Assembly: GCA_963674735.2 (NCBI GenBank)
Contig: CAXXQS010000002.1
Coordinates: 1,216,001 to 1,280,000 of the forward strand
Source of the DNA: Myxococcota bacterium
Lineage (GTDB): Bacteria; Myxococcota_A; SURF-8
Direction of reading: 5' to 3'
DNA: 64,000 nucleotides
Shown here: positions 1 to 9,648 of the stretch, piece by piece
How positions within the stretch are numbered: position 1 is the stretch's first letter
Layout of the letters: every line of letters begins with the position of its first letter
Program-made: the position numbers and the translations under genes
The notes under the pieces: model-generated
Databases searched by the model: none
Seen by the model: the letters and a program-made list of their open reading frames with translations, nothing else
What the model was told of the DNA's origin: nothing

Positions 1-1
1 C

Positions 2-280
2 GATTGTTATCCCAGCCAGAAGAAGTTGTTCGACAAGTTCGAGCGGGTGATCGGTGGGATCAACACCCTCGGGCGTCCTTTCGGTAAGCCCGCCACCACC
101 GAAGGTTTTCTGGGCCGCGAATTTTTCGGACCGGTTTCCGAAACCCTCGATTACAGCCGATCCTTCCATGTTTTCGAGTGGGCCAATTACATGTTCGATA
201 AAAACAAGGGCATCAAAGTGCGGCACGACAAGCATCTGGGCGTGATCGCCGCCGAGTTGCGCGAGCGGCCCTTCGCCTGA
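2..280 (+). CDS. 3' end of a hypothetical protein truncated by the window edge
   Basis: Frame is open from base 2 (DCYPSQKKLFDKFERVIGG...) to TGA at 278-280 with GC3-rich codons; no family recognised. Confidence 0.6.
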   Translation, partial: DCYPSQKKLFDKFERVIGGINTLGRPFGKPATTEGFLGREFFGPVSETLDYSRSFHVFEWANYMFDKNKGIKVRHDKHLGVIAAELRERPFA

Positions 281-308
281 TCAGTCTTGCTGTAATGGTG
301 CTGAATCG

Positions 309-617
309 TTATTGATTTTGTGCTTCGATGGCGGCCTCGATCGGGTCGATCCAGCAGGCTTCCACAATTGCGCCGAATCCATCGTCGCAGGGGCGGGCGA
401 GTACGCAATCGACCATGCGGCTGGTGAAGCCGGTGTTTTCGCAGTCGAGGTGGCAGGCGTCCCATTCCTCGTCGGACAACGAGGGGTCGCAGTTGCGATA
501 TTTATCGCAGAAATCGCGGCAGGCGAAGGGGTCTTCCTCGATGCCGCAGGCGGTCACAACTCCGCTGACCAGCAGCAGAATCAGGGCAAAGACGGTTGGC
601 CGTTTGGGCGCGGGCAC
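309..617 (-). CDS. small Cys-rich lipoprotein
   Basis: GAGGAG precedes GTG at 617; hydrophobic signal and lipobox VTAC; mature part has a CxxxCx5C...CxxxC pattern. Confidence 0.7.
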   Translation of the reverse strand: MPAPKRPTVFALILLLVSGVVTACGIEEDPFACRDFCDKYRNCDPSLSDEEWDACHLDCENTGFTSRMVDCVLARPCDDGFGAIVEACWIDPIEAAIEAQNQ

Positions 618-817
618 GGCGATCTCCTCGTAAGTAAGTTGCTTTACGCTAGCAGGGGAGACTCGCGGCGTCAAGATGTCTCTTTTTGTATTCGAGACTG
701 TACGTAGGTCGCTGCTCCGGCTGCGGTTCGGGGCGGGGTTCGTTTGCGCCGTTTGGGCGTCCTGTGCTATGCTATGGAATCCTTGCGATATATGGGAGTA
801 GCATGCGCCGATTTCGG

Positions 818-1777
818 ATGACAAACACAATGCATGGACGGTTTTGGCCGTGGTTGCCGTTGATGATGGCCTTGATTGTTTTCGGGCTGGAAGGTCAAGC
901 CCTGGCGGCTCGCATCGCCGTGGTGAAAAGCTCCGGTTTGCCCTCTTACAACGAAGCCGTTACCGCTTTTACCGTTGCTTCGCGCGACGAAGTGGTTGAA
1001 TACAACATGGACGGCAAGGTGGAAAAGGCCAAGCAGGTTGTGTTGCAATTAATCAAAAAGCAGCCCGATCTGGTCTTGGCCGTCGGGCCTCTGGCCGCGT
1101 CGCTGACCGTCGAAAACCTGAAGAAAATCCCGATCGTGTTTTGCATGGTGCCCACCTTCGCGGCCACCCAGCTCGAAGGCGATAATGTCACCGGGATCAG
1201 CCTCACCCTGCCGTTGAAAACCCAATTGAAAACGCTGAAACTCATGGCGGAAAACGTCACCCGCGTGGGCCTGGTTTACCATGAAGCCAGTTCGGGTCCG
1301 CGAGTCGAGCAGGCGCGCAAAATCGCCGCCCGGCTCGGGATGACGTTGGAAACCCGAAAGGTGAGAAACAGCGCCGGAGTCGTCGGGGCGCTGGGCGAAT
1401 TGCGCGGGAAAATCGACGCCTTGTGGGTGGTTCCCGATAAGATGGTCCTCACCGCCGCCGGACACGCCGCTTTGGTGGATTTCGCCATCCGCTCGAAAAT
1501 TCCTTTCTTTTCACTGACACCCAAGCTGGTCAAGGCGGGGGCTTTGGTGTCGTTGTCGGCCGACTACGCCGCGATTGGCCGTCAGGCCGCCCAACTGGTG
1601 CGAAAAATCATCACCGACCGCATCAGCCCCTCTCTGATTCCCGTCTCGCCGCCCGAAGGCCTTGAAATTGCTATGAATCTCGGGACCGCCAAGAAAATCG
1701 GGGTGGAATGCGATATTGCATTGGCGGTTTTCACCTATGCGGCAACCCAAGGATATCCGATCAAGGTTTGCAAATAG
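818..1777 (+). CDS. ABC transporter substrate-binding-like periplasmic protein (ABC_sub_bind type)
   Basis: Signal peptide ending ALA-A; PDLVLAVGP, PIVFCMV, DALWVVPD and GALVSLSADYAAIGRQAAQL motifs. Start uncertain (803/818/830). Confidence 0.75.
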   Translation: MTNTMHGRFWPWLPLMMALIVFGLEGQALAARIAVVKSSGLPSYNEAVTAFTVASRDEVVEYNMDGKVEKAKQVVLQLIKKQPDLVLAVGPLAASLTVENLKKIPIVFCMVPTFAATQLEGDNVTGISLTLPLKTQLKTLKLMAENVTRVGLVYHEASSGPRVEQARKIAARLGMTLETRKVRNSAGVVGALGELRGKIDALWVVPDKMVLTAAGHAALVDFAIRSKIPFFSLTPKLVKAGALVSLSADYAAIGRQAAQLVRKIITDRISPSLIPVSPPEGLEIAMNLGTAKKIGVECDIALAVFTYAATQGYPIKVCK

Positions 1778-1901
1778 TGAATGTTCGAGCATTTATTAAT
1801 CCGATTGGCCGGGTCAAGGAACTCATGGACAATGGTTCTTTGGCAAGCTTGGCCTTTTCAGTCGGCGCATGTTTGGCAAGGGCTCGGCAAGGAAGGGCGC
1901 T

Positions 1902-2516
1902 GTGACGACCCGAGATGAAAGACTCGAACAGGTGGTCGTCCGCTGCCGCGAAGGAGAGCAGGCCGCCTTTTCCGAGTTATTCCGCCTGATTCGCACCGAT
2001 ATTCTGCGTATCGTGGTGAGTACGGTCGGTCCGGATGCGGAGTTGGAAGACATCGTTCAGACCGCCTCGCTTGAAGTTTTCCGTTCCATTCGCCGCTTCA
2101 AAGGCCAAAGCAAATTCTCAAGCTGGCTTTACCGTCTGGTGGTCAATGTGGCCCTGCAGCATTTGCGCCGCCGCAAAACGGTGCCCAGGCCGATTGATGT
2201 CGGCGGATTGGCCGACGTGCTGGTGGCTGCGGATGAGGATCCCGAAAGCGTAAGCGTGCATCGTGAGCGATTGCGTTCGATTCGGGAAATCATTCAGGAA
2301 ATCGCACCGAAGAAACGGGCCGTGTTTCTGATGCATGAGGTGGACGGTTTTACACCGGAGGAGATTGCCGACAAATTGGGCGTATCGAGGTTGACGATCA
2401 AGTCCCGCCTGTTCTACGCCCGAAAAGACTTTCAGCGCAAACTCCGCCAGCAGGCCATGCTCATGGCCAGCCGTGAAAAAACGGCGAAATTGAGCGAAAG
2501 CGATGAAGAAGTATGA
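1902..2516 (+). CDS. ECF RNA polymerase sigma factor
   Basis: Region 2 motifs (EDIVQ...FKGQSKFSSWLYRLVVN) and region 4 HTH (EEIADKLGVSRLTIKSRLFYARK). Start 1869 or 1902. Confidence 0.9.
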   Translation: MTTRDERLEQVVVRCREGEQAAFSELFRLIRTDILRIVVSTVGPDAELEDIVQTASLEVFRSIRRFKGQSKFSSWLYRLVVNVALQHLRRRKTVPRPIDVGGLADVLVAADEDPESVSVHRERLRSIREIIQEIAPKKRAVFLMHEVDGFTPEEIADKLGVSRLTIKSRLFYARKDFQRKLRQQAMLMASREKTAKLSESDEEV

Positions 2517-3871
2517 CCCGGCAAAAAATCGATGCTGATCTGATCGAGCGGGTCGCCAAGGGGACGGCGACGGCGACGGAATGCGACCACCTGGAAAAGG
2601 CGGCCGCCATCGATCCGGTGTTACGTGAACAATTGGCGCTTTACCGTGCTTTGCCGGAAGCGGTTCGTCCGCCTCAACTCGACGAGGCGGACTGGATGCG
2701 TCTTGAGAGGCGCGTAATGGCCGCCTGGGAGTCCGAGTCCCCCCGAACGCCGGTCCGAGTTCCCGCTTGGGCCTTTTCCGCCTTTTACGGGGCGCTGGCG
2801 TTGGTCTTGGTAATCATGGGTGCCATGTTGGTAAATCGGACCGACCTACCGACCGAATCCGATACGGCTTTCAAACTGACCGCTCCCCCGCAGCCTTTCG
2901 ACACCGGTTTCCCCGGACCGCGCGGTTTGACCGCCGCTGTAACCATCGATGAACGCAAGGGAAATCCCTATGTGGGCATTCACAGCCTGGCGCGGGGTTG
3001 GGTGCAGGGCGGCGACGAGATCGTCACGGCCGCCGACGAGCAGGTCACGCTAAGTCTGGGTAAACGCGCCACTTTCACTTTAAAGGCCGAGTCGGCGCTA
3101 CGCTTTCACGAGTACAAAGGCCGTGTATCGCCTTATCTGGCTTACGGCGAGATCGACTGCCGGATTCAGCACGACCCGTCCCGTCCGTTCATTCTGCTGA
3201 CCCCCGAGGCGCGCTTGATCGATATCGGCACGGAGTTTACGGTCGTGGTCGATCCCGAAAACGATACGCATCGGGTCTCGGTGCGCGAAGGAGCGGTGCG
3301 GGTGGAGCGGCGTGGAGCGACGGCGGAGGTGCATCCGGGTGAGGAAGCCGATTGGAGCTCGAAGCGGCGCGGCGTGCGGGTTCGGGCGGTGCCGCCGCCG
3401 ACCAAGCCGGAGGTTCGTCCGCCTCAGGTGAGCGGAATTCCCGATCGGCCCGAACGCGAACCGGCTAAGCAGCCGCGTATCGAACCGGCGCCTGCGAAAC
3501 CGCAAGTCCCGCAACCCCGGATGGACGAACCGGCTCAGGTGCAGGTGACGCGGACTTCCTGGCAACGAACCCTCGAAGCGCTGCCGACGCCCGTACGTGG
3601 TCGGATCGTTCGATTCTACGACACGGTGGAGCGGCAGATGGGTTCCGGATACACGCAACGGGCCATTCTCAATTTGGAGAATTTCCTCGATCGCCAGCGC
3701 GGTCCGGAACGGGAAAAGGCCGAATTTCTTTTGAGTGAATGCCATTATCAGCTTCAGGCGTATGCGAAAGCACAGGCCGCCTTCCTGCATTACATCCAAA
3801 CCTATCCCGACGGCACCTGGTCGGAAATGGCGCGTTTCCGTTTTGCCGAGCTAAGCCGAAAAACGCGTTGA
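2513..3871 (+). CDS. FecR-domain anti-sigma factor with Pro-rich linker and C-terminal TPR
   Basis: ATGA overlap with the sigma stop; single TM helix; FecR motif TPEARLIDIGTEFTV...VSVREGAVRV; TPR-like end YIQTYPDG. Confidence 0.8.
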   Translation: MTRQKIDADLIERVAKGTATATECDHLEKAAAIDPVLREQLALYRALPEAVRPPQLDEADWMRLERRVMAAWESESPRTPVRVPAWAFSAFYGALALVLVIMGAMLVNRTDLPTESDTAFKLTAPPQPFDTGFPGPRGLTAAVTIDERKGNPYVGIHSLARGWVQGGDEIVTAADEQVTLSLGKRATFTLKAESALRFHEYKGRVSPYLAYGEIDCRIQHDPSRPFILLTPEARLIDIGTEFTVVVDPENDTHRVSVREGAVRVERRGATAEVHPGEEADWSSKRRGVRVRAVPPPTKPEVRPPQVSGIPDRPEREPAKQPRIEPAPAKPQVPQPRMDEPAQVQVTRTSWQRTLEALPTPVRGRIVRFYDTVERQMGSGYTQRAILNLENFLDRQRGPEREKAEFLLSECHYQLQAYAKAQAAFLHYIQTYPDGTWSEMARFRFAELSRKTR

Positions 3872-3956
3872 TCCCGATCCATTCGGATTCGAAAAATCGG
3901 CGAACCGACCGGAATGAGGGAGGAAAATGCGGGCGGCAGTCAATAGCGCCTCTGCG

Positions 3957-5402
3957 TTAATTTCCCTTTTTCTCCAAACCGAAGATCGAGGCGCCGCGCA
4001 CGTTTTCGTCGATGACATGCGGGCTCAGGATGGAGGGAAAGGCGCGTTCGGAGCAGTCCATGCGTTCGCACAGGCGGCAGGTGACGCCGATGGGGACGGC
4101 GGCGTCCGGGTTGTCGAGGTCAACGCCGTCGCTGTAAATCATTTCACGGGCGTAACTGATTTCGCAACCCAGATCGATGGCCTGCATGGCTTGATGGGGC
4201 GAATAGACGCCGCTGCTTTTGTGAATGGTGCGCGCCACCGAAAAATAGGTGGATCCGTTGGGCATGCGCGAGACCTGGGTTTGGATATGTCCGGGCGTGA
4301 GCAGGGCCGAGAAGACGTTCCACTTGGCGCAGCCTCCTGAAAAGCGGGCGAAGCGGATACCCGAACCGGAAAACTTTTTCGAGATGTTGCCGGCGATATC
4401 GACGCGGATGAAGTAAAAAGGCAGCGCTTCCATCCCCGGGCGGCGCAACGAGGTGAGGCGCTGACACACCTGCTCGAAACCGGTATAGAACTGCCGTGCC
4501 AGGTATTCGATATCATAGCGACTTTCACGCGCGATCTTGTAGAAACGCTCGTACGGCATGATGATCGCCCCGGCGAAATAATTGGCCAGGGCCAGCTTGG
4601 TGAGCTTGCGCGATTGATCGGTGGTCAGATTGGCGTCGTGGGTGAGGAATTCCAGCGTCTCTCCCTGGGAAAGGAACGACAACTGATGCGCCAGATGAAA
4701 AATCTGGCTACGCGGCGGAATCGTCTCGCTAAGCGTCAGGGTGCGTGTTTCCGGATCGTAACGCCTTAAAAATTCTCCCGTTTTTCGACTGCTGCGTGTC
4801 TCGACTTTAACCCCGAACGCCTCTTTCAAGTAGTTCATCAAACCGAGATACAGGTTGTGGCGGTCGAGCTTGGCCTCCTGCCAGATGCGTTCCGCGCCCT
4901 CTTCCAGCGTGGGGAAGTAGTTCATGTGTTGCTGGAACATGTCGCTCACTTCCTCGGAAGGCAGGGTGGAGCGATCCATGCCGGAATAGTCGTCCGAATC
5001 CGACAGGCGGGCGGCGAGGGTCTGAGCCGATTCGCGAGTGCCCTGGTAGGAGCGGTAGAGAATTTTGATGGCCGCCGAAATACTGGGGGAAACCGTCACG
5101 ATTTCGCGAATGTCGCTGGTGGTGAGGCGCTGGTCTTCGAAGATGGGATCGGAAAAGACTTCGATCAGATCGGAAATCAGGCGCGCATTATCGTCCATCG
5201 CCAAGGATTGAATATCGAGATTGAACAACTTGGCAAGCTTGATGAGCAGCTCGGCCGACATGGGGCGGCGGTTGTTTTCGATGAGGTTCAAGTAGCTTAC
5301 CGAAATTCCAAGACGCTCGGCCAGTTGCTTCTGCGTCAGGTTTTCACGACGGCGCAACGCCCGCACTCGGACACCCAACCTGACGGAACTTTTTTCCTTC
5401 AT
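3957..5402 (-). CDS. ramB: XRE-family short-chain fatty acyl-CoA regulator (RamB/PrpR/ScfR type)
   Basis: N-terminal XRE HTH (LTQKQLAERLGISVSYLNLIENNRRP), ANYFAGA, and C-terminal IGVTCRLCERMDCSERAFP Cys motif; divergent from aceB-aceA. Confidence 0.85.
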   Translation of the reverse strand: MKEKSSVRLGVRVRALRRRENLTQKQLAERLGISVSYLNLIENNRRPMSAELLIKLAKLFNLDIQSLAMDDNARLISDLIEVFSDPIFEDQRLTTSDIREIVTVSPSISAAIKILYRSYQGTRESAQTLAARLSDSDDYSGMDRSTLPSEEVSDMFQQHMNYFPTLEEGAERIWQEAKLDRHNLYLGLMNYLKEAFGVKVETRSSRKTGEFLRRYDPETRTLTLSETIPPRSQIFHLAHQLSFLSQGETLEFLTHDANLTTDQSRKLTKLALANYFAGAIIMPYERFYKIARESRYDIEYLARQFYTGFEQVCQRLTSLRRPGMEALPFYFIRVDIAGNISKKFSGSGIRFARFSGGCAKWNVFSALLTPGHIQTQVSRMPNGSTYFSVARTIHKSSGVYSPHQAMQAIDLGCEISYAREMIYSDGVDLDNPDAAVPIGVTCRLCERMDCSERAFPSILSPHVIDENVRGASIFGLEKKGN

Positions 5403-5429
5403 CGATCCACTCCTGAAACTCGATACACA

Positions 5430-5467
5430 TTTACATTGTGTTACTTTACAAGTTTTACAGCTTTACA
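5430..5467. promoter_or_regulatory. four TTTACA direct repeats, candidate operator of the RamB-type regulator
   Basis: TTTACA at 5430, 5445, 5454 and 5462 in the divergent ramB/aceB spacer. Confidence 0.55.
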
Positions 5468-5610
5468 GCAAGAGATTTTTTCAGGATACGCACAGTTTTT
5501 TTATCGCGGTAACGTAAAGCCAGGAATTTTCCTGCTGCCGAAACCATCGTAACATACTGTGATATGACAATTGTCACACCCATTTAATGGATCAGTTTAA
5601 GGAGACGGCC

Positions 5611-7224
5611 ATGAGCATGACCCGCAGCGGAACAGGGATCGAAGTCCTGGGTCCGATAAATAATACCTTCAATGAGATCTTAACTCCCGAAGCCTTGGCT
5701 TTCGTGGCCGATCTTTCACGCCGCTTCAGTCCGCGGGTGGAGGAACTGCTTGAACGCCGCAAGGTTGTTCAGGCGGGTTTGGATGCCGATGACAAACTCG
5801 ATTTTCTTAGTGAAACCGAAGACATTCGCAATGGAGACTGGACGGTGGCGCCGGTTCCGGAGGACATTCAAGACCGGCGCGTGGAAATCACCGGACCGGT
5901 CGAACGGAAAATGATCATCAATGCGCTGAACTCCGGGGCCAATGTATTCATGGCCGATTTCGAAGACGCCAATGCTCCCACCTGGGACAACCTGTTGCAG
6001 GGGCAGATCAACCTGCGCGACGCCGTAAACGGAACCATCGATTACACCGACCCGATCAAGGGGAAACACTACAGTCTCAACGATCGGCGGGCCGTTCTTT
6101 TCGTTCGCCCGCGTGGGTGGCATCTGGCGGAACAACACCTGCATGTGGATGGCAAAGCGGTGCCGGGCGGACTGTTCGATTTCGGACTTTACTTCTTCCA
6201 CAACGCGAAAACGCGGGTCGAGAAGGGTACGGCTCCCTATTTTTATCTTCCCAAGCTGCAAAGCCACCTGGAGGCGCGTCTTTGGAATGATGTGTTCGTC
6301 TACTCCCAACAAGCTCTCGGCCTGCCGAACGGGACCATCAAGGCCACGGTTTTGATCGAAACTCTTCCGGCGGCGTTCCAGATGGATGAAATCCTATATG
6401 AATTGCGCGACCATTCGGCCGGACTGAATTGCGGGCGTTGGGACTATATCTTCAGCTATATCAAAACCTTCCGCAACCACCCGGCGTATGTCATTCCCGA
6501 TCGCGGCTTGGTGACGATGGAACAACCCTTCATGCGTGCTTACACCCAGAACCTGGTGAAGACCTGCCACCGGCGCAACGCCTTCGCCATGGGCGGCATG
6601 GCGGCTTTTATCCCGATCAAAAACGACCCGGCGGCCAACGAAGAGGTCATGGAACGCGTGCGGCAGGACAAGCTGCGTGAAGTGACCGATGGTCACGACG
6701 GCACCTGGGTGGCGCATCCGGGTCTGGTGGCGCTGGCGCGCGAAGTCTTCGATGCCCACATGACGACGCCCAACCAGTTGCACGTCAAGCGCGAAGACGT
6801 CCAGGTGACCGCAGCCGACCTGCAGCGTGTACCCGAGGGTGCGCGCACGGAAGCGGGTCTGCGCAACAACACGCGCGTGGGCGTGCAGTATATCGAGGCC
6901 TGGTTGGGTGGCAATGGTTGCGTTCCGCTCTATAACCTCATGGAGGATGCCGCCACCGCCGAAATCGCCCGCACCCAGGTGTGGCAGTGGATCCACCACA
7001 AAGCCACCCTGGACGACGGGGCTCCGCTGACGCCCGAACGCTTCCGAGCCGTTTTGAATGAAGAGATGGAGGTGATTCGCTCCGAAGTGGGAGATGCCCG
7101 GTTCAAGGCGGGGCGTTTCGAGAAAGCACGCGATCTTTTCGAACGGTTGTCCACCTCGGAAACCTTCGACGAGTTTCTGACGCTCCCGGCTTACGAATAT
7201 ATCCTGACGCCGAATGCCTCGTAA
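5611..7224 (+). CDS. aceB: malate synthase A
   Basis: DRRVEITGP, MADFED, VRPRGWHL, GLNCGRWDYIFS and LMEDAATAEI motifs; AGGAG RBS before ATG 5611. Confidence 0.97.
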   Translation: MSMTRSGTGIEVLGPINNTFNEILTPEALAFVADLSRRFSPRVEELLERRKVVQAGLDADDKLDFLSETEDIRNGDWTVAPVPEDIQDRRVEITGPVERKMIINALNSGANVFMADFEDANAPTWDNLLQGQINLRDAVNGTIDYTDPIKGKHYSLNDRRAVLFVRPRGWHLAEQHLHVDGKAVPGGLFDFGLYFFHNAKTRVEKGTAPYFYLPKLQSHLEARLWNDVFVYSQQALGLPNGTIKATVLIETLPAAFQMDEILYELRDHSAGLNCGRWDYIFSYIKTFRNHPAYVIPDRGLVTMEQPFMRAYTQNLVKTCHRRNAFAMGGMAAFIPIKNDPAANEEVMERVRQDKLREVTDGHDGTWVAHPGLVALAREVFDAHMTTPNQLHVKREDVQVTAADLQRVPEGARTEAGLRNNTRVGVQYIEAWLGGNGCVPLYNLMEDAATAEIARTQVWQWIHHKATLDDGAPLTPERFRAVLNEEMEVIRSEVGDARFKAGRFEKARDLFERLSTSETFDEFLTLPAYEYILTPNAS

Positions 7225-7295
7225 GGGCCGGGCGTAAATCTGTGGGAGAAATCCATTTCCGGCAATGAATGAGAGTTAATCAAAGGAGATACACG

Positions 7296-8561
7296 ATGAG
7301 CAAGGCGACCTGGAAAAGCTATGAAGAACTGGCACCGGCCCGGTTCGAAGGGATTGTACGGCCTTATTCCGCGGCGGATGTCGAACGGCTCAGGGGTTCG
7401 ATGAAGATCGAATACACCTTGGCCGATCAGGGCGCCAAGCGTCTGTGGGAGTTGATCAACAACCGCGATTACGTTCACGGTCTGGGCGCCATTACCGGCA
7501 ATCAGGCGGTGCAGATGGTTCGGGCGGGTCTGGAAGCCATTTATCTCAGCGGCTGGCAGGTGGCGGCCGACGGCAATCTGGCGGGACAAACCTATCCCGA
7601 CCAGAGTTTGTATCCTTCGAATTCGGTTCCGGCCATGGTCGGTCGCATCAACCGCGCCCTCCAGCGCGCCGATCAGATCGACCATAGCGAAGGGAAAACG
7701 GGTACTTATTGGTATGCCCCGATCATCGCCGATGCCGAAGCGGGTTTCGGAGGACCGCTCAACGTATACGAGATGATGAAGGGCATGATCGAGGCCGGGG
7801 CCTCGGCGGTGCATTACGAAGACCAGTTGTCGTCGGAGAAAAAATGCGGCCATCTGGGGGGGAAGGTGTTGATTCCCACCAGCCAGTTCATTCGCACGCT
7901 CGTGGCGGCGCGTCTGGCGGCGGACGTCATGGATGTCCCCACCGTCCTGATCGCCCGCACCGATGCGGAGGCGGCCAAGTTGCTGACCTCGGATATCGAT
8001 GAGGCCGATAAACCTTTCCTGACCGGCGAACGCTCCCCCGAAGGTTTCTATTACATCAAAAACGGTCTCGAAACGGCCATTGCGCGTGCCGTGAGCTACG
8101 CGCCCTATGCCGACCTGCTTTGGTGCGAAACCCAGACTCCGGACCTGGAGGCGGCCAAGCAGTTTGCCGATGGCGTGCACGACAAATATCCCAATCAGGC
8201 GCTGGCCTATAACTGCTCGCCCTCCTTCAACTGGAACAAACATATGGATGACGCCCAGCTGAAAGTTTTCCAGCGCGAACTGGGGGCTATGGGGTACAAA
8301 TTCCAGTTCATCACCCTGGCCGGTTTCCATTCGCTCAATTACGGAATTTTCGATCTGGCCAAGAAATACACCACCGAAGGCATGTGGGCCTACGGGCGTC
8401 TGCAGCGCTACGAGTTGGAAGCGGAAAAGGAAGGCTACACCGCGACCAAACACCAGCATGAAGTGGGCACCGGCTATTTCGACGAAGTGGCTTCCGTGAT
8501 CAGTGGCGGCAAGGCGTCCACCCTGGCGCTCAAGGAATCCACCGAGACCAAGCAATTCTGA
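7296..8561 (+). CDS. aceA: isocitrate lyase
   Basis: Catalytic [26 protein letters not shown] and [10 protein letters not shown]; AAGGAG RBS. Confidence 0.98.
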   Translation: MSKATWKSYEELAPARFEGIVRPYSAADVERLRGSMKIEYTLADQGAKRLWELINNRDYVHGLGAITGNQAVQMVRAGLEAIYLSGWQVAADGNLAGQTYPDQSLYPSNSVPAMVGRINRALQRADQIDHSEGKTGTYWYAPIIADAEAGFGGPLNVYEMMKGMIEAGASAVHYEDQLSSEKKCGHLGGKVLIPTSQFIRTLVAARLAADVMDVPTVLIARTDAEAAKLLTSDIDEADKPFLTGERSPEGFYYIKNGLETAIARAVSYAPYADLLWCETQTPDLEAAKQFADGVHDKYPNQALAYNCSPSFNWNKHMDDAQLKVFQRELGAMGYKFQFITLAGFHSLNYGIFDLAKKYTTEGMWAYGRLQRYELEAEKEGYTATKHQHEVGTGYFDEVASVISGGKASTLALKESTETKQF

Positions 8562-8602
8562 TCCGGATATCGGGCGCTTACGTCTGATTCACCCTCAAAC
8601 AC

Positions 8603-8642
8603 ATCCGGGTTCCCTCAAAAAGAGGGAGCCCGGATTTCTTTT
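8603..8642 (+). terminator. rho-independent terminator after aceA
   Basis: ATCCGGGTTCCCTC-AAAAA-GAGGGAGCCCGGAT stem followed by TTCTTTT. Confidence 0.85.
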
Positions 8643-9078
8643 ATGAAATCCTGTTTCATTTCGCCAAACTGTGCGATTTATCCATCCCATCCACAAGTTA
8701 TCAACACTCTAAAAGAGACCAAAAATAGTTATATTCAGATAGGTTTGATTTCAGACAATAAAGACAACCTAAGTAATTTTCTTGTATCTATCTGATTTTA
8801 TACACTTTATCGTGATATTTGCATCGCCTGCAGGTTCGGCCTGGTTGATTTGCTGGCAAACGGGCAATGGGGCAAAAATGAAGATAATTGTATCGAATGG
8901 CGAAATGTGAATAGCCTTGGTTTGGCAGTGAACGGCTTTCTGTCGTTTATTCGCGACGATGCTGGTGTTGCCCGATGGGTCCGGCGATAAGCGATTGACT
9001 TTCCTGTCGTTGGCTGATATGTCCAATAGATACGGAATGTCCCGAATTTTATTGAGAATAGGTAAACAGGGGTATGGA

Positions 9079-9648
9079 ATGATCGAAGCCATATGGCCTT
9101 TCCGGCGTCTTATGTTGCCGACTCGGAAAAACGGTCCGGTGTGGGTGTTGATGCTTGTTTTAGGAGCATTGATGTTTGGACCGGGAACGGCGGAGGCAAA
9201 GCAGGGTGAATTTGGACTGTCGTTGTCTGCGGGCACGGGCGTGCTGGTTGGAACGACGTCCAGCGATACCGCCACCTCCGATACCATTCTTACGCGGCAG
9301 CCGACCCTGCTGGATCTGGACTTTCAATATGAGGTGCTTGGCTGGCTGGCTCCGTCTTTGCGGGTAGAGATGACCGTCGAGCAAGGCGAAGCGCTGACTT
9401 TAGTGCCGGGTGTGGTGTTCGATACCGACGGCGATCAAGTTTCTTTCTTCGGGCGTGTCGGTTTGGCGGTTCGACTGGAGCCCAACTACTATGGGTTGGA
9501 TCTGGGCGGCGGTTTGGTTTGGCATTTCCTGCGTCACTTGGGACTGGTGGCGGAATTGCACGTGGAACCCCTGTTTCTGGGCGACGAACTGACCGGCGGT
9601 GTGGTCGCTCCCTTCTTTTTCCTGGCCGGATTGCGGGGGAACCTGTGA
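9079..9648 (+). CDS. putative outer-membrane beta-barrel protein
   Basis: Signal peptide ending AEA-K and alternating hydrophobic beta strands; the stop overlaps the next ATG. Start uncertain. Confidence 0.6.
   Translation: MIEAIWPFRRLMLPTRKNGPVWVLMLVLGALMFGPGTAEAKQGEFGLSLSAGTGVLVGTTSSDTATSDTILTRQPTLLDLDFQYEVLGWLAPSLRVEMTVEQGEALTLVPGVVFDTDGDQVSFFGRVGLAVRLEPNYYGLDLGGGLVWHFLRHLGLVAELHVEPLFLGDELTGGVVAPFFFLAGLRGNL

Noticed and set aside
7191-8555. 454-aa antisense ORF over aceA, and similar ORFs opposite nusA, infB and smc
   Set aside because: Typical high-GC antisense shadows of conserved genes, with no recognisable motifs.
8660-8830. Replication origin
   Set aside because: Only two imperfect DnaA-like boxes and no dnaA/dnaN/gidA context; kept only as a low-interest note.
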